From Candidatus Nomurabacteria bacterium GW2011_GWE1_32_28 (GTDB lineage: Bacteria > Patescibacteriota > Minisyncoccia > Phycocordibacterales > UBA9973), in the NCBI GenBank assembly GCA_000989515.1, contig LBOM01000004.1:56149-120148 (forward strand): 64,000 bases of DNA, written 5' to 3'. The notes under the pieces are model-generated. The model saw only the letters and a list, made by a program, of their open reading frames with translations, ran no database searches and was not told the origin of the DNA. Positions 62,579 through 64,000 of the stretch are shown here, piece by piece; the first letter of the stretch is position 1, and each line of letters starts with the position of its first letter. Made by a program: the position numbers and the translations under genes.

Positions 62579-63739
62579 TTAATTTACTTCCAAAACAAAA
62601 GTGGATACCGATTGATTAAAGATTGGTTTGATTTCAGAATATTTACTTGTTTCTGTCCCAGAAGATATAGAATACATGATATCATCTTTAGCAAGAAAAT
62701 AAGTTATATTTGTCATTTCTAAATCGTAATCTAAAACTTTATAAGTTGCTGAATACTCAACCCAATAAGCAGGTTCATTATCAATTTTTGTCTCACCATA
62801 ATCTATCATTTTTGCATCAGAAAATTTTAATTTTATTTCCTCCATTCCACTATCAATAAATTCTTTTGCAGAACCAGCATCTCTTATAGAAGAAAAGCCT
62901 TCATTCTTACCTAAATCAAATTGTTGAATAATTACACTAATAGTCCCATCTTCTGAACTAGCCTTCTGGACAATATGGATACCATCTCCAGTTTCAATAT
63001 TCCAACCTTCTGGAAATTTAATACGAAAACCATATTTTGTATTTCTATACATATTTTCTGTAATTTCTGAATATTGGGAACTCTTATCTACAGATAAAAG
63101 GCTAGGAGAATCATTAATCGTCTTTTTGCTATCTAAAAATAATCCTAATGTAATAAAAATTATCGAAAATACTATAAATAATAAAATATATTGTTTTTTT
63201 AACTTAGTAGCTAATTGTAGTTTCTCCATTTTCTTTATCTTTTTCAAAGAATTATGAACCATTCCAATTAAAGATAAGATTATAAAGAAAGAAATACCTG
63301 GATAATAATGAGAATTTTCAATAGCACCAATTATTACACCTGATATAAAATTGAAAATTAAAACAAAAATTAAATAAAAATATATTATTTTTAAATAAGT
63401 CTTTGCTCTTGTATCAACTTTGTTTTTAATATAAAAACCAAAAAGTATAAATAATATACTAATAATCAAAGCTAAAATAGTAACCAAATATCCAATTTGA
63501 TTAAAATAACTAAACTTAAAAATTAATATAAAAACTAAAACTAAAATAGGTAAAAATCCACATATTAATAAAATAAGTCCTGTATTTTTAATATCATTAA
63601 TTATTTTAATTTGATCAGAATCATTTATTTCTTCTTTTGCTATCTCTGTTGCTAAATTTTCTTCTTCAATTTTATTTCCACATTTTCCACAAAACTTTGA
63701 ATCCTTGTTTATTATATTATTACATTTTGAGCAGTTCAT
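62579..63739 (-). CDS. membrane protein with N-terminal zinc ribbon, 4-5 TM helices and a C-terminal extracytoplasmic domain
   Basis: MNCSKCNNIINKDSKFCGKCGNKI; hydrophobic segments; C-terminal ~170-aa beta-rich domain. Confidence 0.6.
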   Translation of the reverse strand: MNCSKCNNIINKDSKFCGKCGNKIEEENLATEIAKEEINDSDQIKIINDIKNTGLILLICGFLPILVLVFILIFKFSYFNQIGYLVTILALIISILFILFGFYIKNKVDTRAKTYLKIIYFYLIFVLIFNFISGVIIGAIENSHYYPGISFFIILSLIGMVHNSLKKIKKMEKLQLATKLKKQYILLFIVFSIIFITLGLFLDSKKTINDSPSLLSVDKSSQYSEITENMYRNTKYGFRIKFPEGWNIETGDGIHIVQKASSEDGTISVIIQQFDLGKNEGFSSIRDAGSAKEFIDSGMEEIKLKFSDAKMIDYGETKIDNEPAYWVEYSATYKVLDYDLEMTNITYFLAKDDIMYSISSGTETSKYSEIKPIFNQSVSTFVLEVN

Positions 63740-63762
63740 ATTGTTTTAAATTTTAAAAATAA

Positions 63763-64000
63763 TTATTTTTCATTAAAATAAAAATCTATTTCTTCGTAAA
63801 AATCTTTATCTACCTTATCAGAATTTTTAGCTGTAGACACTCTTCCTGGATTTTTGAATAGTTCTTCATTAGTAAAGGCATCTTCTATAACATAAGATGT
63901 TCCCAAGTTTGTATCGAAAAAAATATTAGTTATTTGATAACCCAGAATACATCTTTGTGTTGTTTTATTATATCTATAGTCCCAGAAAAGTATATAATCA
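63763..64000 (-). CDS. hypothetical protein, C-terminal part (gene continues past the window end)
   Basis: open minus-strand frame ending ..KDFYEEIDFYFNEK, stop at 63763-63765. Confidence 0.35.
   Translation of the reverse strand, partial: DYILFWDYRYNKTTQRCILGYQITNIFFDTNLGTSYVIEDAFTNEELFKNPGRVSTAKNSDKVDKDFYEEIDFYFNEK

Overview
The window comes from a very AT-rich (~30% GC) bacterial chromosome with short, mostly minus-strand genes. The gene content suggests a reduced-genome, CPR/Patescibacteria-like organism; this is inference from minimal PheS/PheT/ProS/RpoB, class II NrdJ, many small zinc-ribbon proteins and a giant repeat surface protein. Core content, with coordinates adjusted where the sequence argues for a different start: a giant secreted multidomain adhesin-like gene (<1..7514, minus) with SBBP, LamG-like, Ig-like, Calx-beta and DUF5011/FN3-like repeats, broken by a -2 frameshift in a (TA)5 tract; MerR-type HTH; MltG; RNase P RNA; nrdJ; DUF192; arginine-decarboxylase-like; tgt; a cysteine-rich 560-aa protein; mreBC; proS; rpsB-tsf; tRNA-Thr(UGU); GT2; rpoD-dnaG-rpoC-rpoB; rpsP-KH-trmD; RNase R; a DacA/CapA fusion; smc-rnc-nusB::NUDIX; rpmF; a T-box leader upstream of thrS; gyrB; pheST; DUF2779; cupin; truB; patatin. 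Accessory content: (i) a decayed diversity-generating-retroelement (DGR) locus at 42.2-44.0 kb, with a GC-rich target gene carrying a VR-like 3' end, a terminator hairpin, a TR-like copy and only the C-terminal ~100 aa of a DGR reverse transcriptase; (ii) a 2.7-kb two-methyltransferase plus endonuclease R-M cassette inserted at the 3' end of pheT and bracketed by 45-bp direct repeats; (iii) a 114-bp GC-rich palindromic element inserted in-frame in tgt; (iv) a GC-rich structured element at 61.6 kb of unknown class; (v) short AATTCGTAATT-type repeats reused in trmD, truB and one intergenic site; (vi) several sigma70-like promoters abutting start codons, suggesting leaderless mRNAs.
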